Below are positions 42,859-57,486 of a DNA stretch of 64,000 nucleotides, piece by piece. Within the stretch, counting starts at the first letter, position 1. Every line of letters starts with the position of its first letter. A model generated the notes under the pieces. It ran no database searches. It saw only the letters and a program-made list of their open reading frames with translations, and was not told the DNA's origin. The position numbers and the translations under genes are program-made. Origin of the DNA: the human T2T-CHM13v2.0 reference genome, Homo sapiens; NCBI RefSeq assembly GCF_009914755.1, contig NC_060929.1; one strand, written 5' to 3'.

Positions 42859-43979
42859 CTCATTCTGTTTGCATTTACATCTCATTGCGTGAGAGAGACA
42901 ATGAGCCCACAAACAGGAAGCCATCTGAGAGTGGACAAGGCTTCCTAAAAGTCTTAGGAAGAAAAAAAGGGAGGTGATGTGATAGAGACTGGTGTGCACA
43001 TGGCACGGAGTCTCTGTGACTGGGCTGTGAGGAGGTGGCGCTGGAGCTGAGACCTGAGTGTGAAGAGGACAGGGATTGTGGGGAACAGCATTCCAGGCGA
43101 GGGAGTGGCAAGTGCCAAGGCCCTAAGGCAGAGCCCGGCATGGCAAACGGACAGGCCAGGAGGAAGGCCAGGGGGCCGGAGGGCAATGAGTGAGGGTGGA
43201 GGTGAGACCAGCAAGTTGGGCAGGGCCAGGTGACATGTCTTGGTAAGCACAGTGACATGTTTTGCATTATTCTAAATGCAAAAGGGAAGCCACTGGGGGC
43301 TTTCAGAAGGATATGGGACAAAGATTTGAGTATTAGGCACGCCCCAGGTGCTTAATAAATGTCTGCAGCCTGGGGTAGGGCGTATCCAGCCGGCCCTTCT
43401 CAGGCTCAGCTAGTCCCTCTCTTGTCCTGCCTACCTCACACCCCCAGCTCCTGAGCAGGGGACCCCTCGGGCTGCCTTTTCCATCTTCTTGGCCCTGCCT
43501 CATCCTCCCCTAGGGCTGTTTGCTCCCTCCAGAGCAGGCGACCATAATTGCTGCTTTCCACAATGACATAAAAATCTAAGAGGCACAATCAATACAGCGC
43601 ACACACATCATCGTCTTTCATTGCAAACGATAAAAGTGTAAACAGCAGGGGTGGCGGCAGCTCTGGAGGCTGCAGTGGGGGCAGGGCGGGCTGCCACCAC
43701 TTCCCTGACTGTCACCCTTCTTCTGGGACACAGGGCTCTTCCAGGTGCGAGCGGGAGTGCCTTCCCCACTCTGGGGAGTGGCACCCCTCATTAAAGCCCA
43801 TTCAGGGAAGTGGTTTTTCCTGTTTTTGCTTCCAGATGCAGCAACCCCAGTTTCTTTAACCCGACTTCAGAAATCCAATTTGTCCTCTGTACTTTAAAAG
43901 CTTTTCCCTTGCTTCCCCTGCATCCAAAATACAGAGCTAGGGGTGGCTTCTGGTGGCAGAAGAACTTGTTGGGGTTTTG

Positions 43980-44290
43980 CCTGTCACAAGCCCATGAACT
44001 GACCTCGACCCCATTTTAACCCCAGCTCTTGACAGCCAACTTCTTTCGCCACCTGTCCAGCCTGCCACCCACAGCTTTTCTTGGAACGTGCACAGAAACC
44101 ATTATATCCCCAGCTCCCACACACTCCCGGCGACGACTTCCTCAAACTAGTTACTTAATGAACGTCATCCAATTCCGATTCCGTCTTGCTGTAGTCTCAT
44201 TTGCGAAAGCCAATCTGCTTTATGATTCTAACCTCTGGCTAGCAACTGCTCCCAATTTCATGTCATCCATAAACTTGATGAACGATTAGC
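43980..44290 (-). mobile_element. Ancient CR1/L3 LINE RT fragment
   Basis: Minus strand 44279-44238 reads IKFMDDMKLGAVAS, like CR1 IKFADDTKLGGVA; then NWMTFIK, like NRMKFNK. Confidence 0.65.
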
Positions 44291-46208
44291 TTGCTTCTCT
44301 GCAGTCATTCATTTATTTATTCAACCGGTATTTAGTGAGCGCCTACTGGATGCTGGGTGCTGGATACAGAGTTACAGGAGACGCAGGTCCTGGGCTGAAG
44401 AGACTCCTGTGGGGAGGCGGAGCCCACGTGAAAATGGTTCCCATTTATGTGATCTGTGCTCAACTGGGGCAGGGGAGAGAGCCAGCTCCTTCTTGGTGCG
44501 GGGGGCGGGGGGCAGTTTACATTTGCCTGAAGATGCTGGAGGGGATTTTGGCAGCTGGAGAAGGAATGACGTTCCAGTCAGAGAGACTAGAATGTACGTA
44601 GGCAAATTGCTCTGGGTGATGATGGGGAAGAAATCTGCTGGTATATACATGTCCAGGGCTGATGAGAGCTTCAGCTTGGAGCCGTCTAGAACCAGGAGGG
44701 CTCCTGTCTGTCTCTTGGCTCTGCTCGTTTCCACATTAGCTTCGTCCTGAGGCTCCATGTGGTAGTAAAAGGGTTATACCTTCCCAGGGTCAAATCCAGG
44801 AACAAAGAACGTCCCCTCCAGTCTCACTGGGTCTTACTGGGTCACATGTCCATCCCTGGTCGATCATGGTAGTTGGAGAAATTTAAGTTCTCTGGCCTGG
44901 CCTGAGCCACATGGCAGCCTTGGACCCTGGGGCGAGGTCTGCTACATCTGAAGCTCATGGATTGAAAGCGGGGACGGTGGGGACTCCCAGAGAGAAACTG
45001 GGTGCTGTTAGCACCGAGAAGGACGAACGGATGTGGGGCTGGAGAGACACAGATGATATCCACTCTGTGGTCACCAGCTGGCTCGTGCTCCCAGGTGGTG
45101 GAAGGGGAGCCATTGGTTCCTTTCTGTGCAATGGGTACAAGGACCGAGTCAGAGGATGAGGATGGGACATCTGAGACCGCCTCATCACCACGTTCTTCTA
45201 ACTGTGTGAGGACCAGTTGAGAATTTCCTTTCTGCTTTGCCAGAGGCTGGATTGAAGCCAGCCAGCAAGTAATTTCCAGTCACTGTCCTTGTCCTCAGCC
45301 TTCCCATTCTTCAAGCTCTTTTCCTGTCCTTCTCAAAAGCCAAAGCTCCAGCCTGTTCCAGAAACCCCGTGGGGGTCACCCCCAGCACCTTCTAGTTGAG
45401 CTGCGTCGGGGGCTCAGCCGAGCCAGGGCCGCCTGCCTTATTGGGCAGCTTGTTGACGAATCTGGAGCGGTAGCCACCCCTCCAACCACTATGGCCTTTC
45501 ACGAGGACCCACAGAGCAGTGGGCTGGTGGGTGGGCCTGGGCCCTGGGGACAGACAGATCTAGGTTCTGGTCTACAGCGAACAGGATTAGGTTCAGCTAG
45601 GAGTGATAGAAGCCACTAGAAAGAAAAGAGCAGCACTGTAAACAAGATAGAAGTTATTTCTCTCTCAAACAATCAAGAGCCTGCAGGCAGGAGTTGGGAC
45701 TAGAAGAGCCTTCTCCGGTCAGTCGAGGGCGACCTCCTTTGCAGGAGACCTCCTCCACTTTACCAGCCACGGTGGTTGCTTAGTTCCAGCTGCCAAGAGG
45801 AGAAAGGGACTGAGAAGGACATGTTCTCCCTTTGAGGACACTTCCCAGAACTGCACGCTACACTCATGCTTACAGCGTTATGGTCTGAATTTAGTCATGT
45901 GGCAGGGAGGCTGGAGAGAGTGCCGATTCTGGCAGCCATGAGCCAGAAGGGAGGGGAGGGCAGAGGGAGGGGAAAATAGACACTGGCAGTGAGGAATAAC
46001 TGGCAGTCTATGCCCCAGACCCCTAAGTGTGCTCACAGCCATGATCACACCTGCTGCCCTGGGAGAAGGGAATTATATTCCCCCGTTTTACGGATGAGGA
46101 GGCTGAGGCAGACAGAGACAGAAAGCTTAGTCTCGCATGCTCTCTGTTCCCGTTCTTGCCTTCCTCTGCTAGCCCTCTTCTTGCTCCTGCCCTGGACCCA
46201 GAACATAG

Positions 46209-46534
<326 letters not shown>

Positions 46535-49361
46535 TGAGCATTAGAGTTATACAGTAAAGCTCAGTACTGAAGCAGGATGGGGCCAGCCCGGCAGGTAACC
46601 CGGGGCCCTCCTGAGAGAGCAAGAGCAAGCTCTCCCCTAGTCCCCCAGCAGGGGTCTGCGGGGTCTCTGGGTCTGTGGTGTCTGTTCCCCAGCAGAGGCA
46701 GGCAGCAAGGCCCCAAACCTGGTTTCCATACAAGGCTTACAACTCTTCCCCTAACTGTGCCCATTTGTGATTGATGCCAGTTTAGGATTCACCAAGGCTC
46801 TGTTCCTCGGTGCTCCTGAAAAATGTGGAAACCTTTCTATTTGTACAACCCATCTGTAAACTAGGGCTAAGCCACGTCCTTCAGCTCTCTCAAGGGTTTC
46901 TTGATGGATATTGAGTGAAAAATAATGTAGTTAATGTGTTCTGAGGAACTCAGGGAAAGCTGCTGCGAGCCCATGGTGCCACTAAATGATCATTGCCCTG
47001 GGCCCTGGGAGGGGCCATTCTGGGGGCTGGACTGGGGAAGGCAGGGTCGGGGTGGCAGTGGTGCTTCGATCTGGAATGACACTTGCTCACTTGTGGAGCA
47101 GGCAAAAGCTGGGAGGCCCCTAGTGATGCCCAGTCATGGGGAGCAAGGATGTTCCCTGGGCAGGTGGTGGGCGGGGACATGTGGCATTGTGGGGGACTCC
47201 AGAGGGAACAAGGAAGCAGGCATTAGCCTGAGGTTTGGAGGTCACCCCCAACCTGGAGGGGCCTGGGGAATGGCACTCACAGGCCAGGGACTGGTCCTCA
47301 GCAGAGAAAGGGCAGGTTTTCAAATGGAAGGTTCACCTGCAGAGAACACGGAGTTGCTCCAAGCACCAACGTCTCCCATTTAGATGACGGGGGGGAGCCC
47401 CAGGTGCCTCTGTAATCCACTCCTGCCCCTGCTCCACCCAGTCTCCACGCAGCAGGCTGAGCGATGCTCTGTGGTGCTGAGCAAACCTCCTCCTCCCCTC
47501 TCAACCCTGCCCAAGATTTCCCGTGCTCCTGAACCCACAGACTCTTTTTCATGCTCTGCAGGGGCCCACCAGGTCCAGCCTCAGCGTTTCTTTCTACCTC
47601 ACTTCTTCCACCTTCTCCTGGCACACCTCCTTCCTACCACAATGCCTTCTATGTGTTCCTAAACCGACCATGCTCACTCCCACCACACAGCCTTTGCATT
47701 TGCCGTTCTCTCTGCCTGGAATCTTCTTCCCGCAGCTCTCTGCATGGCTGACCCTCCCTTGGAGAGATCCGCTCTTCCCTATCTGCCCTCTCTTCCTCTA
47801 AAACAAACTCTTCCCCATCACTGCCATCATCCGGTTGCATTTTCATCATTGTGTTTAAGACCATGTAAGAGGATATGATTTGATTCCTTGTCCATTGCCT
47901 ATCCTCCCACATGGGCCCAGCCCAGGGCACAGCCTGCACACCTGTGTCCTTTTCTCGCTGCAGCACCTGGAACACAGCAGGTGCTCAGTCATGCATTGGA
48001 AGGAGGCAGCCTTAGTTTGCATCCCCCTGGAAGCGAACCCTGAGACAAGGTTTCCCATACAAGTAGTTAATTTGGGAGGTGGTAGGGGAATGGGAAAGGG
48101 AAAGGAGCAGCCAGGAGAGGGAGCGCTCTCAGTGAGTTCCAACTGTGGGCAACCACAGCTCCATCCTGCAGGGCTGGGCTCAGTGTGGACAGCGTGCCTG
48201 AGAGTACCCCACACAAGGGGAGGGTTATGGGCACCTAGACACCAGCTCCTATCAGTTACTGGCTGATGGCCTCTCTCGGGGGGCCCTATTTTCCAGCACT
48301 CTGGCCCGTGGCAACATGGGCAGAGTGGCATCCAGATGGCAGAGAAAGGTCTCGGGCAAAGAAATGTGGTCGCAGGCGCTGGTGGCTGGAGGTTGGGCTG
48401 GCATACACTGCAGTGGGCACCTACATTGCCTGCTATGGGGGAAGGCACCAAAATGGGCAGAAGATGGGGCCTGGGCATCAGGCACAACCCAAACACAGTT
48501 ACCCACACTTGGGTCCAAGATCAGGGCCTGACTCAGTGGGTGATGATGCGCAGCCTTTGCTTGCCCTGGGCTGAGATGCCTTAGGCGCAGGTAACCAATA
48601 CAACTCAACCAATACAGCTCAGGAGAGGATGAGAGAGGCCCAGCACAGCAGCCTTGGGAGGGAAGCTGTGGGTTGGACAAGGCAGGGCCTGACAGAGGCA
48701 GTCTTGAAAGGAGTGGCTTAGCTTTTGATCTGCAAAGAGACCTGAGCCCTGGCAGATGGTTTTCTGGCCTCCTCAGGTTTCCAGCTCTCCCAGCTGCCTC
48801 CGGAGGCAAGTCTGGGGCAGGAGGAGTTTGGAGAAGCTGGCTGGGGGGAGACCTCTGCTCCTCGGCTGCAGGTTTGCATTCTCTTTGGCAGCTAATTACT
48901 TAGGATGAATGATTCTGACTCAGATGGAAGCCCCCTCCTCCAGCACCCCTCCCTCCAGCTGGGACAGAACAGGTGGTGGAGGGAGCAGAGGGCTCTGGCG
49001 TCACCGGCACTGCTGCTTGCCGGGCCATTTATCACTGGGGGTGTTTATACCCCACCTGGGGCCAGAGCCCGAGCAGAACAGGTTGTGCGTTGAGGAAGGG
49101 AGTGAGGAGGTGATGGGAATGAACTCTTCTGGCACCAGCTCCAAGGGGCCCTGGGGCTTGCCGGAGGTGGCTGAAAAGATAGGAACTAAAGCATCAGAGG
49201 AAACAGAACAGGACCTACTGCAGGAGGTGTTTCAACTTTCCCTGCATTTGGAAGATTTTGCAGGTGAAGGAGATTAACTCAGATTAAGAAGATTGGCTTT
49301 TGGTGTTTTGCTTGGGGTGGGGCTGGGTAGAAAACAGCCTGGACTGGGAGCCTTTGCTGAT

Positions 49362-49480
49362 GGCTGTGGTGTAAATACTCTCACCCTGGCTGACTCAAGC
49401 TACTAATTGTTGAACAACTAAAGCCATGAATCTTGAATATTTAACAGTTGGCTCCTAGAAGCTGGCAGGAGCCGGCCCAG
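49362..49480. mobile_element. MER63-like hAT DNA transposon fragment
   Basis: ggtgtaaatactctcaccctggctgactcaagctac...gaatatttaacagttggctc. Confidence 0.55.
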
Positions 49481-50196
49481 GCCTGTGTGAAGCTGTTCAG
49501 GCAGAGCATCTAACATATTTATTCACTGGTTCGGTAAGACATCACAGGGCACCCTCTGCGTCTGGAGCCATGTTTTAGGGACACCAAGCAGACCCCGTCC
49601 CAAGCCCACAGATGCGGGACGAGGTCATCTCAGGGTGCGATGGGGCTACTGTGGCAGCAGCTTTACAGGACGATGTGTGGGGGACGCGGCCTTGTGGCCT
49701 CTGTGCATCTGGACAGTGAGTTTATGGAGGAGATCTAAACCCGCCTCTGTCCTTATCAGGCAGTGCGGCCACCCTGTGCGCCCACAGTGAACACAGAAGA
49801 GTGAACACTTGGGTATTTTCTGGCTCGGCCGTTCTACTGGGTGTCACACATTCCTCCTTTATTCCTTCCCTGCTGTCTCCCGCTGCCTCAGCACTCGGCC
49901 TGGGTACCTTCCATGGGCATTGCCAAGACCCAAGGCCTCCCTGGAGACCAGTTCTGTCTGATTTCTGGAGGCCATGTGACAGTGGAGCATGGCTCAGTGG
50001 GAACAGGCAGCCCACGGGCCACATTTTCCCCACAGGCAAACCCTTCCCTCCTTCACTGTGTACCTGGGCAGTCCCGGATCCCAGGAACTGCCAGTGGCGG
50101 GGAGGGCTTCATGCCCAGGGTGGAATCTTACCTGGCCCTCTTCCTGCCTGGGGATCAGAGCTCAAACTCCTACGCTCTCTAAACCCTGGGGTTTAA

Positions 50197-50589
<393 letters not shown>

Positions 50590-52681
50590 TCTGCAGGTAT
50601 TTTAAACACCAGGGTTGACCTTATCTTGTTGGTCCGGCTGATCTATCCACTTCCCAAGTTTCCACCCAGGAAGGGGCCTGGGTGGCCCATGCCCTCGTCA
50701 CCTCTGGGCAGAGTGGGTGTGGCACCGGCGCCAGCTGCGCTCCACCACACATACATGGCTTCATGCTATTTTCTCTTGCACCTGAATCTTTAAATCATCC
50801 GTGTCTCTGGGCGAGCCGAGGCTGCGGCGGGAGCTGTTAATAATAGACACAAGCGACTGTCTGGTTACGAATTGCGGAGACGGTAATTAGCATTTTAATT
50901 TAGGCGTTTTCTTCACACTCACTTCTGGAGACCTGGATTCGAATCTGAAATTGGGGTCACCAGTGGAGGTTTGCCTGTGTTCTCCTAATCCTCCCACGGG
51001 TGTTTGTCTTTGTCACACAAGTACCCACAGCCCAGGGCTGAGTGTGGCCTGATGGGGGCACTGTCTGTCCAGGCTGCGGAGCGAGGATTTGTAGGGGAGA
51101 GGGGAGTGGAGCTGCGCTGGGGTGGGGGTGGGGGTGCTGTGCAGAGGCGCCAGGGGTGGGCGGTTGGATGGAGGAGGAAGGAGTGCTGAGCGGCTTTGGA
51201 GGGAGCAGAAAGGGGACTTCACAGAGCGAGAGGAGGAGCCGGCAGGCTGTGCGCCCCTATCCAGGGCTGTCAATCTTCCCCTTTCACAAGCACTAATTTT
51301 CTTGATTTTTCTGCAAGCCCAGATCTACTGCTGAACTACCCCAGCAGCCGGTGGTGTTTGGAGCATTAGGAATAAATGACTTAATGGACTTGCCTTTTCT
51401 CTTTCTCTCTTTCATGAAACAAGATTTAAAAACAGCAATCACAACAAAGAAAGTTGTCTCTTATCTCAGTGTCTAAGGGATGGGAGTAAGGCTTTGGGGT
51501 CCAGAGAGAGTCAAGCTCATCCCTGTTTATAGTGTATGTGTTGTGGGGAACACACTCCATATCCCCTTTTCCAGATCCCCCCATATTCGGTGAGTGGGCA
51601 GATGTAGGCAGCTCCTTCTGAGACAAATACCAATGGATCAAGCCCTGCCATCCCAGCCCCACTTCTGACATTCATGGTTGCCCAAAGATAGCCACACGCA
51701 TTGAAAAATGACCTACATTCTCCCACTCCGTGCAAACGGATCTTTGCTCTATGAGGCAGGAGTTCCAGACTCCCTGGCCCTTGGGGCCAGCCAGCGACTC
51801 CAGGCTGCATCCAGAGGTGAGCAGGTCTCGATGAAGGGGGGTGATTGTTTGGCTCGACGAAGCCCATGGCGGGTGCAGCAAAGTGTGGGGGACTGGCTGA
51901 CTCTGAGCCCTCTTGGTGGAGCTGATCAAATCTCGCAATGGGCCCCTCTCGGGCCTACATTCACGGCTGGTGCGGAGCTGTGTAAGGAGGTGAAAAGGCT
52001 GGGAAGCCTTCTTTCTCTCTTGTCTTCTCTCTGATGTCATCGCTATCACTCAGGAATCTCTGGGGTACAAATGATGGAGGATGAAACTCAAACTGGCCTA
52101 AACCAAAAAGGGAATGTATTTGCTCCTACAAGTGAAAAGTCAAGCGGTAGTCAGGTTTCAGGTAAAGGTTGATCCAGCTAAATCCCATCACCCCAGGACC
52201 CGAGTTTTTTCTGAATCTCTGCACTGTTTTCCACAGCTCCATCCCCAGGCTGGTTACCCTCAGAGGCTGAGGTCGGTTGCCAAAAAGCCCCTTGGACTCT
52301 GTGTTTCTTTGTTATTTCTGGTGAGGAAGGGAGGGGGTTTCTGGATTTATTTTGGGGATTCAGTGTCCTTCGTTGATTTACGTCAAAGGCTTATCTTTGA
52401 GTCAATGACTGTGGCTATGGAATAGGGTGTCAGGCTGTCTTGAGCCTGCTGGGCCCACCCTATAGCTGGGAATGGAGTCAGTGGAGATGCATCTCCTCCA
52501 AAGGCGGGAAGATGAATCCCCTCAAAGGCAAACGGACTTGAAGGCAATGACCAGCTGACACTCACTCCATCCTGTTTGTAAGCACTGCCTCCCTGTAATG
52601 GACTCACAGTGCTGCACCCTTTGCCAGGTCACTTTTGTTGTTGTTGTTATTTTGCTGTTTATTTAATGTAACGCCACGTGA

Positions 52682-53240
<559 letters not shown>

Positions 53241-54493
53241 TGACATGTGAAGCAGAGCTGAGCCTGACCTGTGGCCTGAAGCCTATGGACAAAAAAAAGA
53301 AATGATTGTGGATTTCAGTCACTGAGATTCTTGGAGTAGGTTGTGACACAGCTTTATTGCAGTGACGGGTAACTAATGCAAACACAGAGAGGTGCTAGGT
53401 TATTTAGAGCTTTGACATTCTGGACGTTGGTGGCAGGGTGGTGGGGGGGCAGCATCAGAGAGAAAATTGGAGGATTTCCCAGAAAAGCCCCGCTTGCCCT
53501 CTGGAATGAAGAGAGATGTCTGGCTTCCCTCTGTCAGATGTCTCATGCCTTTTCTTGCCAAGGGCCTGGGAGAAAGAGGTTTCTTTTTGGGGGAAGACGC
53601 CAGAACATGGCCTAAAAGAACAATAGGCACCCTCTCTCCACCAGCCAATCCCATCCCACCCCACCCCCTGCTGCCTGTTCCCCGGTGATGGCTGAAGGCA
53701 CAGCCAGGAGACAGGGACAGCAAGAGCCCAGGAGAGGCCTGGGGAGTGCGTCCTCGCAGCAAGCTGAGGGGCCACCTCCAGACCGGGCTGCGTTTGGCCC
53801 TTGCAGAGCTGCTCGGCTCTAAGCCACTGCATGCAGTTGGCAGATTCCTAGAAAACTGCATTTGAATTAAAGTTTTATAATTTAATCTCCATTTGAAATG
53901 CCTTGGAGAGAATCTGTTTGGAGGGTGAGGAAGAAAGGATACTTCGCAGCAGTAAATACCGACTCTCTCATTCATCTGATTCCTAGCGGTGGACTCGCCT
54001 GCGCCGTGGCGGCCCTGTTCATGGACACGTTCACAGGCACGTTCAACATCCCTAGAGTGGCGAGAAGAGTTATTCCACATTTCCAGTGAGGAGGCCCAGG
54101 CTCAGAGAAGGGCCCTGCCCATGTGAGTAGCAGAGTGGGACCCCGCCTGGCCCCGACCCTAGACAGGGGGTGTACGTCCCCTCCCGGCTGTGGTCCAAAG
54201 GCATCTTGCCGCCCAGCCGGGGCCACTTGCTCTGGTCAGGTTGCTGGACTTCCTCAGTGTCCTCCCCAGGCCCTGGGCATGGTGGGGTTTGGGGAAAGGA
54301 AGTGTTGCCTTTCCTTAAACCCTGGAATTTAAGAGTGGCCGGGCTGGAGGGTCTGTTCCGGCCCTCAGTGTCCAGGGCCCACAAACTTGGACTCTGGGCA
54401 AGTGTGCAGATCCAAACTCTACCACTTGGGTGAATAACTTTATTCCTGACGCCCTTCGTTTCCCAGTGTGAAATAACAAAGGCACCTATGTAA

Positions 54494-54845
54494 TTATATG
54501 GTTTGGCTGTGTCCCCACCAAATCTCAACTTTAATTGTATCTCCCCGAATTCCCATGGGTCGTGGGAGGGACCCAAGGGGAGGTAATTGAGTCATGGGGC
54601 CAGTCTTCCCCGTGCTATTCTGATGATAGTAAATAAGTCGCATGAGATCTGATGGGTTCATCGGGGCTTTCCGCCTTTGCTTCTTCCTCATTTTCTCTTT
54701 CTGCCGCCGTGTAAGAAGTGCCTTCCGCCTCCCGCCATGATGCTGAGGCCTCCCCAGCCACGTGGAACTGTAAGTCCGATTAAACCTCGTTTTGTTCCCA
54801 GTTTTGGGTATGTCTTTATCAGCAGCATGAAAATGGGCTAATATA
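54494..54845 (+). mobile_element. THE1A-like MaLR solo LTR
   Basis: tatggtttggctgtgtcccc...gcttcttcctcattttctc...tctttatcagcagcatgaaa. Confidence 0.85.
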
Positions 54846-55118
54846 GGAAACAAAGTGCCTGGCCTGCAGTAACCATTCAATCCGCAGGAATTACCAGGCT
54901 TGCTTGTGTTTAGAATTGCTGGGATGGCAGCGTGGTTAAGAGCTTGAATTCTGGATTTGGACTCCCTGGGTTCTAATGCTGGAATTACCTCATGTTAGGT
55001 GGGAATTTCCAAAAATTTCACGTAAACTCTCTGAGCCTTAGTTTCTTCATCTGTAAAGTGGGGTTGATACACCTCCCCTCTGGGGCCAGGTAAGGATTGA
55101 GTCCAGTAATTGGTATAA

Positions 55119-55259
55119 GCATCAATTCTGACATACATACAGTAAGTGCTCAATACATGCTTGCTGCATTGATTCTGAAATACATACAGTAAGTGCTCAA
55201 TACATGCTTGCTGCATCGATTCTGAAATACATACAGTAAGTGCTCAATACATGCTTGCT
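55119..55259 (+). repeat. 3 x 47-bp tandem repeat at the tail of a MIR (MIR ~54925-55165)
   Basis: Unit gcat(c/t)(a/g)attctga(c/a)atacatacagtaagtgctcaatacatgcttgct at 55119, 55166, 55213. Confidence 0.95.
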
Positions 55260-57486
55260 GTCATGCTTCATCTCCCACTTCTGCGTTTACTGTCATACCT
55301 CTTCCATCACCCAACACCTGGATGGTGGATGCCTGGGTGACCTCACAGGACCTGTGGCCCCCAAGTGGGTGTTCCTGGCCACACAGATAGAAGCAGGCTG
55401 GGAATGAGAGAAGGTACGAGTGAAGGGACAGAGAAGAGTTGCAAGATAAAGTTGAGGGCAGGTGAGGGTGACCCGAAAGTCCTCCCCTGCCCATGGCTGA
55501 GGCTCTGCAATGATTGGTCAATACTTCATTGACTTGCGCCATCTCTTCATATCTCCACATCTCTAACTTTAAGGGGGGTCTTTGCTGCACAGCCGGGCGT
55601 TCCCATGGCAACCTCCTGGAGACACAAAATAGCCATGCCTCCCGAACAAGCAGCCTCCCTCCCCTGTGTTTCCTAGAGAAGCCACTCCGGTGGGGTCCGA
55701 GGAAAACTCAGCTCTCAGCACAGCCTCGGGCAGTTGCCCCTTTCCAACGTGCCTCGTCCTGGAGCCTGGCTGTGGAGGGTGGTAGTTTATGCACTTAACA
55801 TACATTTATAGAGTGCCCGCGGTGTCCAGAGACACAGTGAGGGCTGCCTGGGGACCCAGCAATGGAGAAGACAGACAGAACCCTGCCCTCAGGGACTAGG
55901 TTACTAGTTGGCATCTCTTCAAGTAAAGGGAAAAGGAACATTAGGCGATTTGGGCCAGTGCTAAGCACTGTGAAGGGAACAAAACAGCCAGGGGGCTGCA
56001 GGAGATGAGGAGGGGGCAAGAAAGCCCTCTCTGGAGCCCTGAGTCCTGAATGTGGCAAGGAACCCGGCCATGTGAGACCCTGGGGGGCGAGTCTCCAGGC
56101 AGAGGGGACAGTGAATGCAAAGGTCTGGAGTGACTGAAGAACAGGCAGGGGCAGCAGGGGCTGGGGCGTGGCAGGTGAGGTGGGCAGGGGCTCCATCAAA
56201 GAGGACTTCAGAAGCTGGGGTCAGGAGAAGGGGTTTTACTTTAACTGTAGCGGGCAGCCATTTTGTGGGGCGGGAGGGGTGGTGCGGGGCGGTTAACCAG
56301 GGTAGCCAGGGACTGATACACATTTTTTGGAGATTCTTTGGATTGCTTTGGGGCAAGTCGGACTCATCTTCCTGGGTTCCCCTGCCTGGGATGCCCCATA
56401 TTTGTTGAGCCAACTCCTTGTTTGGCTGAGAAATAGAACCCTTGCTTCCTGGAGCTGGTCTTGCTGATACCCTGTAGGCCTAGGATTGTCTTCACAGGAA
56501 TGTAGGGGTCTTCTCACCCAATATCCCCAGCCTCCTTGCCGTGACTTTGATATTTCTGGCTGCTGATAGCAAAGGCCCCTCTCCCTGACCCAGTCAGTCG
56601 TATTCCACCCCACCCCCAAAGCCACTGCAATTTCTCCCTGATGAATGGGCAGCTCTGGACCCATGAATCCTTCAGCCAGCCCAGGCCCGAGCGCTCAATC
56701 TCTCATAACTCTGAGTTAAGGATGTGGAGTGATATCCAAGACAGCTGGATAAAGGATGAAATAAGAGGACTGATAAGTGGGATTGATGGCTGTCCTTGCC
56801 CAGGATGGGCTGGGGGAAGGGCAGAGGAGGACCCAGGGTGAGTTATTGCCTCCTCCAGGGTGTCTGGGGCTCTGAGATCACTCCAGCCCACATGGCAGAC
56901 AAACTTCCATCGATCCCTGGCCCCTTCAGGAGTCTCAGTTCCAAGGCCCTAGAGAGGATCCCTGCATTCTGGTGGCCTCAGAATTTAAATTCTTTTCTAG
57001 AGGCCGCAAGGTGCAGACTAGGAGGATGGAGTATTGGTGCTGGCCTAGGCCACTGCGGGGCGGGACGCCAGGAAATGGGAGCCTCGCCTTGAGTCTCATT
57101 TGAAGCAGACAGGATTCTTTTTTACACATGACAGAAAACTAAGCCAAACTTCCTAAGCCCAAAGGAACTTTACTGGCTCATGTAGCTGAGTAGTTCAGGG
57201 TAGATCCTCCTTCAGGTGTGGCCCGATCCAGGACTCCAACAATGTGGCCCAGTTCTTCCATTTATTGAATCTGCCCTGGTACAGGCTCCATTCTCAGCAA
57301 GCTCTCTTCTCATGGTTGCAAGATGGCTACCAGAAGCTTCCAAGGCCACTTTCTTATTTGTGTTCAGTGGGAATGTTTCCCAGGATTAAACGAAAGCCTC
57401 ACAATGGAACCTCATTGGCCCTGATTATGCTGATGTTGGGCTATGCACTACTTCATTTATGCACACCTATCACTGTGCAATGGGAG

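Noticed and set aside
55119-55259. CRISPR-like regular repeat
   Set aside because: No spacers, eukaryotic context, and the unit derives from a MIR tail.
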